From Sulfurimonadaceae bacterium (GTDB taxonomy: Bacteria; Campylobacterota; Campylobacteria; Campylobacterales; Sulfurimonadaceae): 11,846 nt of DNA. The stretch spans positions 1 to 11,846 of the forward strand of contig JBFESZ010000067.1 in assembly GCA_041548245.1 (NCBI GenBank), written 5' to 3'. The position numbers and the translations under genes are program-made. Shown here piece by piece: positions 1 to 9,100 of the stretch; position 1 is the first letter of the stretch; each line of letters opens with the position of its first letter. The notes under the pieces were generated by a model, which made no database searches, was not told where the DNA came from, and saw only the letters and a program-made list of their open reading frames with translations.

Positions 1-408
1 CTTAATAATGAGTCTGTTACGGAAAGTCTGCTTGGACTGGATATCACCGATGGAATATTATTCGTCCAGTCGGTAGAAGCTGCTGAGATCAAATCCATAG
101 AAGTCAATCTCTTTGTCCTGTTTAATGCCATCGATATAAAGGGCATTACCCTCTCTTCGTTGGCCTCGACTCTTTTGCCACTATCCATCCAAGAGGTCCA
201 CATCCGGTACTCAATTCTTAATCCCTTGACGCTCACTTTTGACGGTGAAGCCGAAGCCGGAGCATTTCATGCGAGTTTTCATCTGCTAGAGAGACTTCTG
301 TATGTCACCTTAAAACCTTCAGACGATATGCTTAAAAACTATAGAAGCACCTTGTCAAATATGAAACAATCTGAAAATGGGGAGTATGTTTATGAAAAGA
401 CCATCTAA
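1..408 (+). CDS. 5'-truncated T2SS-associated protein, possibly GspN-like (beta-rich periplasmic domain)
   Basis: Frame 1 is open from base 1 (LNNESVTESLLGLDITDGILFVQSVEAAEIKSIEVNLFVLFNAIDIKGITLSSLASTLLP...) to TAA at 406-408, so the 160..408 track ORF is only its C-terminal part. It overlaps the gspC start. The GspN-like label comes from position and the alternating beta-strand pattern only. Confidence 0.6.
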   Translation, partial: LNNESVTESLLGLDITDGILFVQSVEAAEIKSIEVNLFVLFNAIDIKGITLSSLASTLLPLSIQEVHIRYSILNPLTLTFDGEAEAGAFHASFHLLERLLYVTLKPSDDMLKNYRSTLSNMKQSENGEYVYEKTI

Positions 409-1201
409 TTCTGCTCTCTTGGCTGTTTTTACAAAGCTCATGATATTACTCTTATTGGCCAAGCTCATATCCTTTGGCTTATGGTTATATCTTCCTCACG
501 ACAGTGTCGAACTTACATTAGCAAAAAATTATCAGCCCCAATATCGTAAGGTTGATTTTAAATCTATGCTTGAAAACCTTAACGCCCCTCAGAAAAATGC
601 TTATGTAGCATCTGCCTTTTCGGGGACTGCCAATATCACCAACATGGTATTAAAAGGTCTATTTGGCAATCAGAACAAAGGGTTTGTAATTGTCGCACTG
701 AAATCTTCACCCACTAAAACAAGTATTATTTCAGTGGGTGATATCTTTAAAGGATATACCTTAAAATCAATAACCCTCAACGGTTCTATCTTCGAAAAAG
801 ACGGAAACGAATACACTCTTTATCTGAAACAATCAGATTATCCGACAAGTCAATATATCAAAAGTGTGCAGCAACCCATGGAGACACAAATCGGTGTCAC
901 GCGTACCGACATAGCTGATTATATTAAAAATCCAAAAGGGATATGGGATGATATCTCTATTATAGAAGATAGAGACGGGAGAAAGCTCAAAGGCTTTAAA
1001 GTAACCAAGATAAATAAAAAGTCTAAATTGGCATCTCTTGGCTTATCGATAGGCGATGTCATCATTAAAGCAAATAATCTTACAATGGATTCCTATGCCA
1101 ACGTGTTGACTATCTACAAACAAATCAATACCCTTGATTCTGTGCAACTGGTAGTAATAAGAAATAATCAAGAAGTGGAGTTAGTCTATGAAATTAATTA
1201 G
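392..1201 (+). CDS. gspC: Type II secretion system protein C (TM anchor, HR domain, C-terminal PDZ)
   Basis: N-terminal TM segment (LMILLLLAKLISFGLWLYL). HR-like segment (LKGLFGNQNKGFVIV...SVGDIFKGYTLKSI). PDZ-like C-terminus (GFKVTKINKKSKLASLGLSIGDVIIKANN...LVVIRNNQEVELVY). Directly upstream of the secretin. Start moved from 377 to ATG 392 because GGGGAG (379-384) lies 7 nt upstream. Confidence 0.85.
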   Translation: MKRPSNSALLAVFTKLMILLLLAKLISFGLWLYLPHDSVELTLAKNYQPQYRKVDFKSMLENLNAPQKNAYVASAFSGTANITNMVLKGLFGNQNKGFVIVALKSSPTKTSIISVGDIFKGYTLKSITLNGSIFEKDGNEYTLYLKQSDYPTSQYIKSVQQPMETQIGVTRTDIADYIKNPKGIWDDISIIEDRDGRKLKGFKVTKINKKSKLASLGLSIGDVIIKANNLTMDSYANVLTIYKQINTLDSVQLVVIRNNQEVELVYEIN

Positions 1202-3053
1202 AGTCATATTTTTTGCACTGAGTTTAGTGTTAGTTTTAAATGCAAGGGAACAGGTCAATGTCAGCTTTTCAAGTTTAGAATTAAATGATTTTATCAAAGT
1301 GATATCCACTATTACAAAGAAGAACATTTTAGTGAACCAGCCTCTCACAGGTGTCGTAAACTTTGTAAGCACTAGCCCTATCTATGAGGATGAACTTATG
1401 GATATCCTCATCTCAGTTCTAGAATCCAAAGGGTTTACATTGGTAGCCAATGGCTCTGTCTATGAAGTCGTCCGTTCAACCGAAGCTGCGCAACACAATG
1501 TCAAAGTTGCAGGCCAAAACAAAAGGCTATACGGTTCTCTTATGGTCACACAAGACATTGAGGTCACCAACAGTAATGTCGATGTCGTCGCGGCCAAGGT
1601 CCGCCACCTCATCTCAAAATCGGCTAAGCTTGTTACTATGAAAGAGAGCAATCTTATTCTGCTGACTGATTACCCTGACAATATCGAGACGATTAAAAAA
1701 GTCATCAAAAAGATTGACACTAACAACCAAGCCATCGTGAAAATTATCCCGATAACAAAAGCAGCAGCCAAAGGTATTCAAGTCAAGTTGACAGATATCG
1801 CCACTTCCCTGTTTAACCAGACGGTAGAGACACAAAAAGTAAAAATAATTTTAGATGACAATATCAATGGTATTATCATTGTCGGTATAGAAAAAAATGT
1901 CGCGATCATAGAGTCATTGATCAAGAAGTTTGATGTCGAATCAAACGTCAGTACAGGTGTACGTATCTTCAATCTGAAAAACTCCGATGCAAAGACCGTT
2001 CTAGCAAGCTTGACTGAGATTATTTCCAAACAGGTCTTTGCCAATCCCGAGCTAAAGCCAAATGTCTCTATGAACGAAGAGATCAATGCCATTGTCGCAA
2101 TTGGTGAACCAAACATTCTCAAGGGTATCAAAGTCATTATTGATGAGTTAGATCGAGAGAACTATCAGGTCTATGTCCAGGCAAGGATTGTCGAGATCAA
2201 CAAAAATGAATCCGAAGCAATCGGTGTAAAATATGGTTTTGCAGCAGGTGATGTCTCATCATCCGGACTTTATGCTATGAGCGCCAACTTTGGTGATCAA
2301 TCCTTAACAGATTTAGCCTCTACCCAAGTCCTTGACTATCTAGGAGGTTTAGGTGGAGATCTTAGTGGATTAGCACTTGGTGCAACATTAGATTTTTTAC
2401 AGACAAAAGGGGCTTCACGATCAGTCTCTAACCCATCGATCTTATGTGTAAATAACCAGGAATCTTCCATCTATGTCGGAAAAACCATCTCTATCTTAAA
2501 CGGTACCACCTCCAATGCTGTCTCTGGAATCACCAATGACTACAAACGTGAAGAGGTTGGATTGACACTTAAAATCAAACCCCGTGTCTCATCAACCGAC
2601 AAAGTCACATTAAATGTTGCAGCCATCTTGGAAAATGTCCTCGATGATGGGACAAACAATGCAACAGGGCAACCTGTGACTTCCAAACAAGAGGTCCAGA
2701 CACAAGCTATTTTGCGTCATGGCGAAAACATCATCATCGGTGGACTTGTTAAAAGCTACAAGAAAACATATAAAAACAAAATCCCTCTTTTAGGCGATAT
2801 TCCGTTAATAGGTGACCTACTCTTCTCTTCAACAGACATAAAGGATGAAAAAGACAATTTAATCGTTATCTTAACCCCTTATGTCATTGAGACAAGTGAA
2901 AATCTATCACAACTTCAAAAAGACCTTGGCTTACTTGCCAACCTTCAACAAGAGTACAATGACAAAGTATTTGAGAAGTTAGAAAACAGAACTGAGGACA
3001 GTGAACAAGTGCCAGATATCTTTGATGCCAATACTACTGTAAAAGGCCTCTAA
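1188..3053 (+). CDS. gspD: Type II secretion system secretin GspD
   Basis: Sec signal peptide; N0 domain (VNVSFSSLELNDFIKVISTITKKNILV); three N-type repeats ending IKKID/IKKFD/IDELD; secretin-domain motifs QVYVQARIVEI, VGLTLKIKPRV, GENIIIGGL and IPLLGDIPLIGDLLFSS...LIVILTPYVI. SD GGAG at 1177-1180. Overlaps gspC by 14 nt. Confidence 0.96.
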   Translation: MKLIRVIFFALSLVLVLNAREQVNVSFSSLELNDFIKVISTITKKNILVNQPLTGVVNFVSTSPIYEDELMDILISVLESKGFTLVANGSVYEVVRSTEAAQHNVKVAGQNKRLYGSLMVTQDIEVTNSNVDVVAAKVRHLISKSAKLVTMKESNLILLTDYPDNIETIKKVIKKIDTNNQAIVKIIPITKAAAKGIQVKLTDIATSLFNQTVETQKVKIILDDNINGIIIVGIEKNVAIIESLIKKFDVESNVSTGVRIFNLKNSDAKTVLASLTEIISKQVFANPELKPNVSMNEEINAIVAIGEPNILKGIKVIIDELDRENYQVYVQARIVEINKNESEAIGVKYGFAAGDVSSSGLYAMSANFGDQSLTDLASTQVLDYLGGLGGDLSGLALGATLDFLQTKGASRSVSNPSILCVNNQESSIYVGKTISILNGTTSNAVSGITNDYKREEVGLTLKIKPRVSSTDKVTLNVAAILENVLDDGTNNATGQPVTSKQEVQTQAILRHGENIIIGGLVKSYKKTYKNKIPLLGDIPLIGDLLFSSTDIKDEKDNLIVILTPYVIETSENLSQLQKDLGLLANLQQEYNDKVFEKLENRTEDSEQVPDIFDANTTVKGL

Positions 3054-4570
3054 TGTTAAATATCGATTCGCTTCACAACTTAAATCTAGAGCCTTACGAA
3101 CCTTCAGGTATTGAGACTGATCTGTGTGTTAAAAACTATCTTCTTTTTAGTAAGATTGATGATCAGGTCTCTGCCTTTACTTCTGAAAGGTATTTAGTCG
3201 AAGCGAGTAATTTTTATTCAAAACTCACTGATAAGTACCCTTTTAAGATCCTTGATGAGGACTCCTTCGACAGGCTACACAACCGTTTTTTAGAGCTACG
3301 CACGGATAAAGCCATAGAGACTATGCAGGAAGACTCAAGCGTTGAAAGTGATGAGGAAGACATCTCATTGACGGACTTCCTAAGAACCTCGTCCGATATT
3401 TTGACAAATGAAGAATCTGCGCCTATCATCAAATTTGTCAATGCTCTTTTTTATCAAGCCGTCAAAAAGCGGGCTTCTGACATTCACATTGATGTCCATG
3501 AGAAACATGGTGAAGTCAAATTTAGAATTGATGGTATGCTCACTAAAAATGTAGACCTGGATAAAAAGATAGTCAACTTGATTATCAGCCGTATCAAGGT
3601 CATCTCCAATCTCGATATTTCCGAAAAAAGAATCCCGCAAGACGGAAGAACACAAATCAAGATAGCCGGTGATACTTTGGATGTACGTGTATCAGTTCTA
3701 CCGACCTTCTATGGCGAACGCGTTGTTATGAGGATTCTGATGCAGGGTTCGCAGATCCCTCAGATCGATGAACTTGGCTTTAGTCATACACTTATTGGCG
3801 ATGTCAAAAAACTGCTCCGTTCATCACATGGGATTATCTTGGTAACAGGACCGACAGGTAGCGGCAAAACAACATCGCTTCACTCATTCTTGCGTGAAGT
3901 CAAGTCACCTGAAAAAAATCTTATTACGGTTGAAGACCCCGTTGAGTATAAGTCTGACAATATCGTCCAGATTCAAGTCAATGAAAAAGTCGGACTCACC
4001 TTTGCATCGGCACTTCGTTCCATCTTAAGACAAGACCCTGATGTCATCATGCTAGGTGAAATACGTGATGAAGAGACGGCATCCATTGCAATACGTGCCG
4101 CATTGACTGGACACTTGGTCTTTTCAACCCTGCATACAAACTCCGCTGCGGCAACACTCTCACGACTTGCAGATATGGGTGTCGAACCCTTTCTCATCTC
4201 CTCCTCACTTCTGGGTATCCTTGCGCAAAGATTGGTCAGAGTCTTATGTGATGAATGTAAAGAGGAAGACATTATTGCAGAAGGGTTTGCACAAGACTAC
4301 AACATTCCAAGTGATGCAGTTATCTATAAAGCACAGGGGTGCAAGTCTTGCAATTATACGGGCTATTCCGGGCGTCGTTCCATCGGTGAGCTTTTAGTCA
4401 TGGATAATAAAATCAAAGACCTCCTTAAAACTACTACGGATGAACACACCATCAAGAGTATGCTTGAAGCCGAAGAATTTCAAACCATTGCTTTAAAACT
4501 AAAAGCAATGTTACTCAATGCAGAGACATCCCTAGATGAAGCAATTCGTATTGGCATGGGACATGCGTAA
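3053..4570 (+). CDS. gspE: Type II secretion system ATPase GspE (GspE/PulE/PilB family)
   Basis: Motifs ASDIH, RIDG, EKRIPQDGR, Walker A GPTGSGKTT, Asp box TVEDPVEY, Walker B LRQDPDVIMLGEIRD, His box GHLVFSTLHTN and tetracysteine CDEC...CKSC. TAATG overlap with the gspD stop. Confidence 0.97.
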   Translation: MLNIDSLHNLNLEPYEPSGIETDLCVKNYLLFSKIDDQVSAFTSERYLVEASNFYSKLTDKYPFKILDEDSFDRLHNRFLELRTDKAIETMQEDSSVESDEEDISLTDFLRTSSDILTNEESAPIIKFVNALFYQAVKKRASDIHIDVHEKHGEVKFRIDGMLTKNVDLDKKIVNLIISRIKVISNLDISEKRIPQDGRTQIKIAGDTLDVRVSVLPTFYGERVVMRILMQGSQIPQIDELGFSHTLIGDVKKLLRSSHGIILVTGPTGSGKTTSLHSFLREVKSPEKNLITVEDPVEYKSDNIVQIQVNEKVGLTFASALRSILRQDPDVIMLGEIRDEETASIAIRAALTGHLVFSTLHTNSAAATLSRLADMGVEPFLISSSLLGILAQRLVRVLCDECKEEDIIAEGFAQDYNIPSDAVIYKAQGCKSCNYTGYSGRRSIGELLVMDNKIKDLLKTTTDEHTIKSMLEAEEFQTIALKLKAMLLNAETSLDEAIRIGMGHA

Positions 4571-4973
4571 AGCCTTCACTCTTATAGAGGTCATGGTCGC
4601 TGTGGTGATCATTTCTATCGTCATTATGGCACTCTTAGAGATGAGAGGACATACGACACACATCTTTTCACGTCTTAGCGAAAAATCTGAAATCAATCAG
4701 CACCTCTCTTTTCTTGTCTCAAACAAAGAATATGGATTCAAAAACACGTCCATCACACTGGATAAACTGTTAGATGACTTTGACATGGATAATGAACTTA
4801 GACATCATTTACAAGCAATCAAAGTCGATCTTGTCTATCAAGAGATTGACTCCATTGAACTGGCTGAAAATGATGATGAAAACCTTAGTTCAACAATGGT
4901 CTTTGAAATAGGAAAAACTATTTTAAAAACAGAGAAGTCTTCTACAGCACTAACGAGGATTATATTACGATGA
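4563..4973 (+). CDS. Minor pseudopilin with prepilin-type N-terminal cleavage/methylation motif (GspI-like)
   Basis: Starting at ATG 4563 gives MRKA|FTLIEVMVAVVIISIVIMALL, a class III signal with Phe+1, Glu+5 and a hydrophobic helix. Overlaps the gspE stop by 8 nt. The track start at 4536 adds an implausible leader. The GspI assignment rests on size (136 aa) and order only. Confidence 0.85.
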   Translation: MRKAFTLIEVMVAVVIISIVIMALLEMRGHTTHIFSRLSEKSEINQHLSFLVSNKEYGFKNTSITLDKLLDDFDMDNELRHHLQAIKVDLVYQEIDSIELAENDDENLSSTMVFEIGKTILKTEKSSTALTRIILR

Positions 4974-5491
4974 AAAAGGCATTTACACTCATCGAGATAC
5001 TCATTTCCATATCCATCCTATCCATAATGATGCTATTTCTATACAACAGCTACAGTGCATTAAATATCTCTAACCGTCTTTATAAAGATGAATTAAACCA
5101 AATACAAAGCGGATATCGCAAGAAAAAAACACTTTTTTTGGATTTCTCATTGGCGCATATAGAAAAGATAAAAGTCCTGAACCAGGGGACAGAAGAAGAT
5201 GTCGTCTTCATGCAGAGTTCTCATTCGATACATAAAAGATTTAATCCCTATATCGCTTATTTTATACAAGATTCAAAACTATACCGACTTGAATCAAGCC
5301 ACGAGTTCAAAGAATATCCACTTACTCTCAATAAAGAGTATATTGCCGATTACTTAGGTGAAGTCAACCATTTTAGAGTTTATCCATCGAGTAATAAAGA
5401 ACCCTCTTATCTCATACATATCGATTTCAAAAACAATGAAAACATTTTACTGAAAGTCAAACCACTACAAAACAGTGTAGAAAACCAATAG
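4970..5491 (+). CDS. Minor pseudopilin with prepilin-type N-terminal cleavage/methylation motif (GspJ-like)
   Basis: MKKA|FTLIEILISISILSIMMLFLY class III signal. Internal YIAYFIQDSKLYRLE resembles the GspJ 'V.Y.l.dg.L.R' segment. ATGA overlap with the previous gene; SD GAGGA at 4955-4959. Confidence 0.85.
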   Translation: MKKAFTLIEILISISILSIMMLFLYNSYSALNISNRLYKDELNQIQSGYRKKKTLFLDFSLAHIEKIKVLNQGTEEDVVFMQSSHSIHKRFNPYIAYFIQDSKLYRLESSHEFKEYPLTLNKEYIADYLGEVNHFRVYPSSNKEPSYLIHIDFKNNENILLKVKPLQNSVENQ

Positions 5492-5653
5492 TATTATTTC
5501 GCTAGATACTTCTTTTTCCATACTATCTTTTATCCATCTTCATAAGATGATTTTGTACACGCATATATCTGTACTTTAAATATCACTATAGACTCATGCA
5601 AAAGTTGCCACATATGATTGAACATATGTTGGAAAAATGTATAGATGAAGTTG

Positions 5654-6097
5654 TTATTTTTCGTAGAAACGCTCTATGCAAAGCTTGAAGTCACTGCATC
5701 GTACACATCTTGTATACAGTTGTTTCTCTTTTTCAATGGAGATAGATGCACCGTTTTTAAACGATATTGCCCAGGCATGCGGTGCATTCCAGGAGTATGT
5801 AGTTGCCGTCCAGTAATATCTCGGCTTGAAATAAATAAAACCCTTTAGGATTTTACGTCCGTTTAAACGGGAAGTATCAACAATAGTGACAAGCTCTTCT
5901 TCGCTTGGCAGCCACCAATCATCAAAACCACCCTCTTCCAAGCCTTTGCAATACTCTTTTGCCTCGTTCCAGGTATAGAGTGTACCTTTATTTTCCGGTA
6001 CGTCTTGCCACATAAGATAAGTCACGGGATCTGTTAAAGTATCCGAATGCATTATCTTTACCAATGTAAAAAGAATGAGCGGGACACTTAGTTTCAT
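5654..6097 (-). CDS. Secreted DUF1566 (Lcl C-terminal) domain protein
   Basis: Family motifs D..T.LMWQ, TWNEAKEYC..L..GGFDDWWLPSEEEL, YYWTAT, AWAISF..G and RCVR. N-terminal hydrophobic signal peptide without a lipobox. Starts 3 nt after the receptor stop. Confidence 0.9.
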   Translation of the reverse strand: MKLSVPLILFTLVKIMHSDTLTDPVTYLMWQDVPENKGTLYTWNEAKEYCKGLEEGGFDDWWLPSEEELVTIVDTSRLNGRKILKGFIYFKPRYYWTATTYSWNAPHAWAISFKNGASISIEKEKQLYTRCVRCSDFKLCIERFYEK

Positions 6098-6100
6098 TAT

Positions 6101-9100
6101 TTAGAAGGCATATGAAGCACCAAAGGTATAATCAGTGCCTTGTTTATAACTGTATGTTGTAATATCGCCCATTTTGATCTCACGAACAGGGTTCAAGATA
6201 TTCGTAATTTTAAATGACAGCTTTAAATCATCATTTAATCTATGCAGATAAACAAAGTCCAACTGCTCGTACGCCTGTTCATACTCATCTTCAAAGCCAT
6301 AAGCACCTACAACCGCAATACGTTTACCAAAAGCATTCAATACAAGACTGGCTGTTTGGCCACGGTCTTGATTATCATATCCAAGTTGTAAGTTCGCAAT
6401 ATAAGGCGATTGTCCTTGCATTGAACGTGTCTGATTAGTCAAAATACCTTGATCATTGCCTAAGTCGATTTGAGATCTGACCAAGGTCAAGTTACCCGCA
6501 ACAAAATAGTCTTCTGTAAAGATCCCCTTTCTAAAATCAAGCTCAATACCATAAGTTTGTGCACCTGCCGCATTTTCATAGGTAAAGGCACGGCCACCAC
6601 CAGATATTGGAGCTTGAACCTTCTCAATCGGATCTTTAAAGTCTTTATAAAAAACACCAGCTGAAAATGATTCAGCAGGTGCGAAATACCATTCCCATCT
6701 TGCATCAAGGTTTAATGCTGTAGAAGGTATCAAGTTTGGATTACCATACGAAATATCTCCTGTAACCGGATCAATTAATGATACGTAAGCCAATTCTGTA
6801 AAGGTCGGACGAGCTACCGTATAGGCAGCAGCAAGACGCAACTGAGAATCTTCTGCTGTTTTGATATTTGCTATAACTGACGGTAAATAATATGAATCAT
6901 CAACATATGCGGTATCCTCTGGAAAAGCATCACCAGTAACATTATCGATGATATCCACCTGCATATTCGAAGCATCATATCGCACACCAGCTGTAACGTT
7001 TATCCAGTCTGCCAACTCAATATCAGCCATGGCATACATTGCAAACAACTCATGAAACCCGTTATAAGCACTTGTATTTCTTCCTGGAATCTCTGCTAAC
7101 AGATAAGGAGCGTCTACTGTAGTACCGCCGATAGTATTCTCGTTAATGATATCATCAATATTCTCTGAATACTCAAACGGTTCACGTGGACGACCATTCT
7201 GATCCATTCGTGAGTAAGCAAACTTTCTTAGATATGATGTTCTAAGCTTTGAGATATAGGTCGTACCCAATTTAACATCAGCGCGTATACCGTTCCATAA
7301 TGGGATATCCATCAAATAATCCCCACCTGCTTCAAAAATCTGATCTTCGACTTTCGACCAGTCACGTTTCAGACGTGTCGTGTCCTCTCCATCCAATTGG
7401 TATTTACCCGTGGCTTCATTATAAATAAACGAATAGTTTCTTTTATCCGGTTCATATAAAGTTGCAAATGAGTATCCCGTTCTCCATTTTAACTCTGTAT
7501 CGATACCCATATCGATCTTATGCGAACCTGCCAACTGGTTCATCCATAATGCCGTTTCAGTCCAGACCAAGTCTGTACTTTTTGAAAGTTGTGGCTGATT
7601 CGCATCTGTTTTATCAAGCTTATCGCCTACTTTAACGACATCATTTGCCTCATGAACATAAAGTGTCGTTGCATCGATTTTGTGATCATCATTGCTTTTC
7701 CACCCCAGACCGAACATCGCACTGAGTGATTTTTTATATTTGTCAACCACACTGTCTTTTTCTTTATAAACTTCAACACCGTTTGTACCATTTCTAAACT
7801 CGTTTTGCTCTAAGTTGATTTTTCGATTATCATTACCAAGTGAAGCAGCCGCGATAAAACCGACGGTGTTATCACTGTCAAAATCATAAGAATCACCTAA
7901 TGAGACGCCCACTTTCATACCCAAAGGCATCTTTTTTGTTTTAACATCATTTTCATACGTCAACAGTTTGGATATCTCAGCAATCTGATCTTTGGAAAAA
8001 CCAGGTGTCACCCCAGGTACAAGGCTCTCTTTAAGCTGATTATTAACAAGTACTCTAGGCAGTGCACGCGTTCCGTCATCATATCCGAAAGCATCAAAAT
8101 CACCACCTTTATAAGTTTTACCGTCTTTAAATGTCGTACCATCGACATACTTCAGTGAAGCAGACAATTTAAGGAAAAAATCATCGGGAACATTTTTTGT
8201 CTTCAAATCTACCAATCCACCTGTCATCTCACCCGGTTTATCTGCGGTAAATGCTTTTTGTACTTTAATACTTTCAAGTACACTTGCCGGAAAGATATCC
8301 AAAGGAACGACTCTTTTTGTCGGATTCGGACTTGGCAGGGTAAAATTATTCATTGTCACTGTCGTATAACGATCACCCAGTCCTCTAACTAAAACATATT
8401 TTCCATCTTTTAACGTCACACCGGCAACGCGTTTGAGTGCATCTGAAGCTTTTGAATCACCTGATTTTGCCATTTGCTCGGAACCCAAGACCTCCGAAAC
8501 AGACACATCATTTCTTTTTTCTTCGATAGCTGAAGAGATTGAACCTTCAACACGCGGAGCCAAAACAACAAACTCTTCAAGAGACATAGAAGATGGTGTC
8601 ATCTCATATGATTTCTCTACTGTCTTCTTGGCTACAATGCTTACCTTAACTGTTTGAGAACTATAGTTTGAATTAATAATCGAAACCGTTTGCTCCCCTT
8701 CTGGTAAAGAAAGCGTAGCCTCACCTTTTTCATTTGTCTTTACATCTACACTTTGACCCTGAACAAAAATACGTGCATCTTTAATCAATGAAGCGTCTTC
8801 ACTGGAAGTCAGATGAATAATCAAACTTCCCTCTTCCTTGTGAGTCAGGTTTTGTTCATCTGTGCTGACCATTTGTTCTTTTGAAGACTCACCGTCTTCA
8901 AAATAGAGAGTATCATCTTCCTTCAACGAAACAATGATCTGAGACTCTTTATTCTTTTGCACAACAAATGGTTTTTTGACAAAAGCCTGTGCCTGCTTTT
9001 TTTCTTTAGCCACAACTTGAAGCTGATAATCACCTACTGGCAATACTGTGTTTAAATACCCGTCTTCATCTGTCACATACTCTGCATGACGCGTATACGA

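Noticed and set aside
1181-4397. Short alternative-frame and antisense ORFs within gspD and gspE (1181-1372, 1450-1641, 1460-1651, 1614-1835, 1778-2137, 3214-3441, 3380-3655, 3973-4272, 4167-4397)
   Set aside because: Shadow ORFs inside well-supported genes, with no recognisable motifs.
5123-5139. A7-CAC-T7 inverted run in the GspJ-like gene (hairpin or phase-variation tract)
   Set aside because: An A/T-only stem inside an intact CDS, explained by Lys/Phe/Leu codons. Runs of 7 are common in AT-rich DNA, and no long poly-G/C tract is present.
5597-5610. Minus-strand TGGCAACTTTTGCA resembling a sigma-54 promoter
   Set aside because: GG-to-GC spacing is 8 nt; sigma-54 requires GG-N10-GC.
5530-5625. 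Minus-strand 31-codon ORF (MFNHMWQLLHESIVIFKVQIYACTKSSYEDG) in the intergenic gap
   Set aside because: No SD and no recognisable features; a length expected by chance.
4970-5653. Locally AT-richer composition of the last pseudopilin gene and the gap
   Set aside because: A modest shift typical of poorly conserved genes and intergenic DNA; no integrase, transposase, tRNA or flanking repeats to suggest an island.
5654-5830. DUF1566 C-terminus as a diversity-generating retroelement variable region
   Set aside because: No reverse transcriptase and no second, template-repeat-like copy was seen in the window. A remote DGR cannot be excluded, but nothing here supports one.
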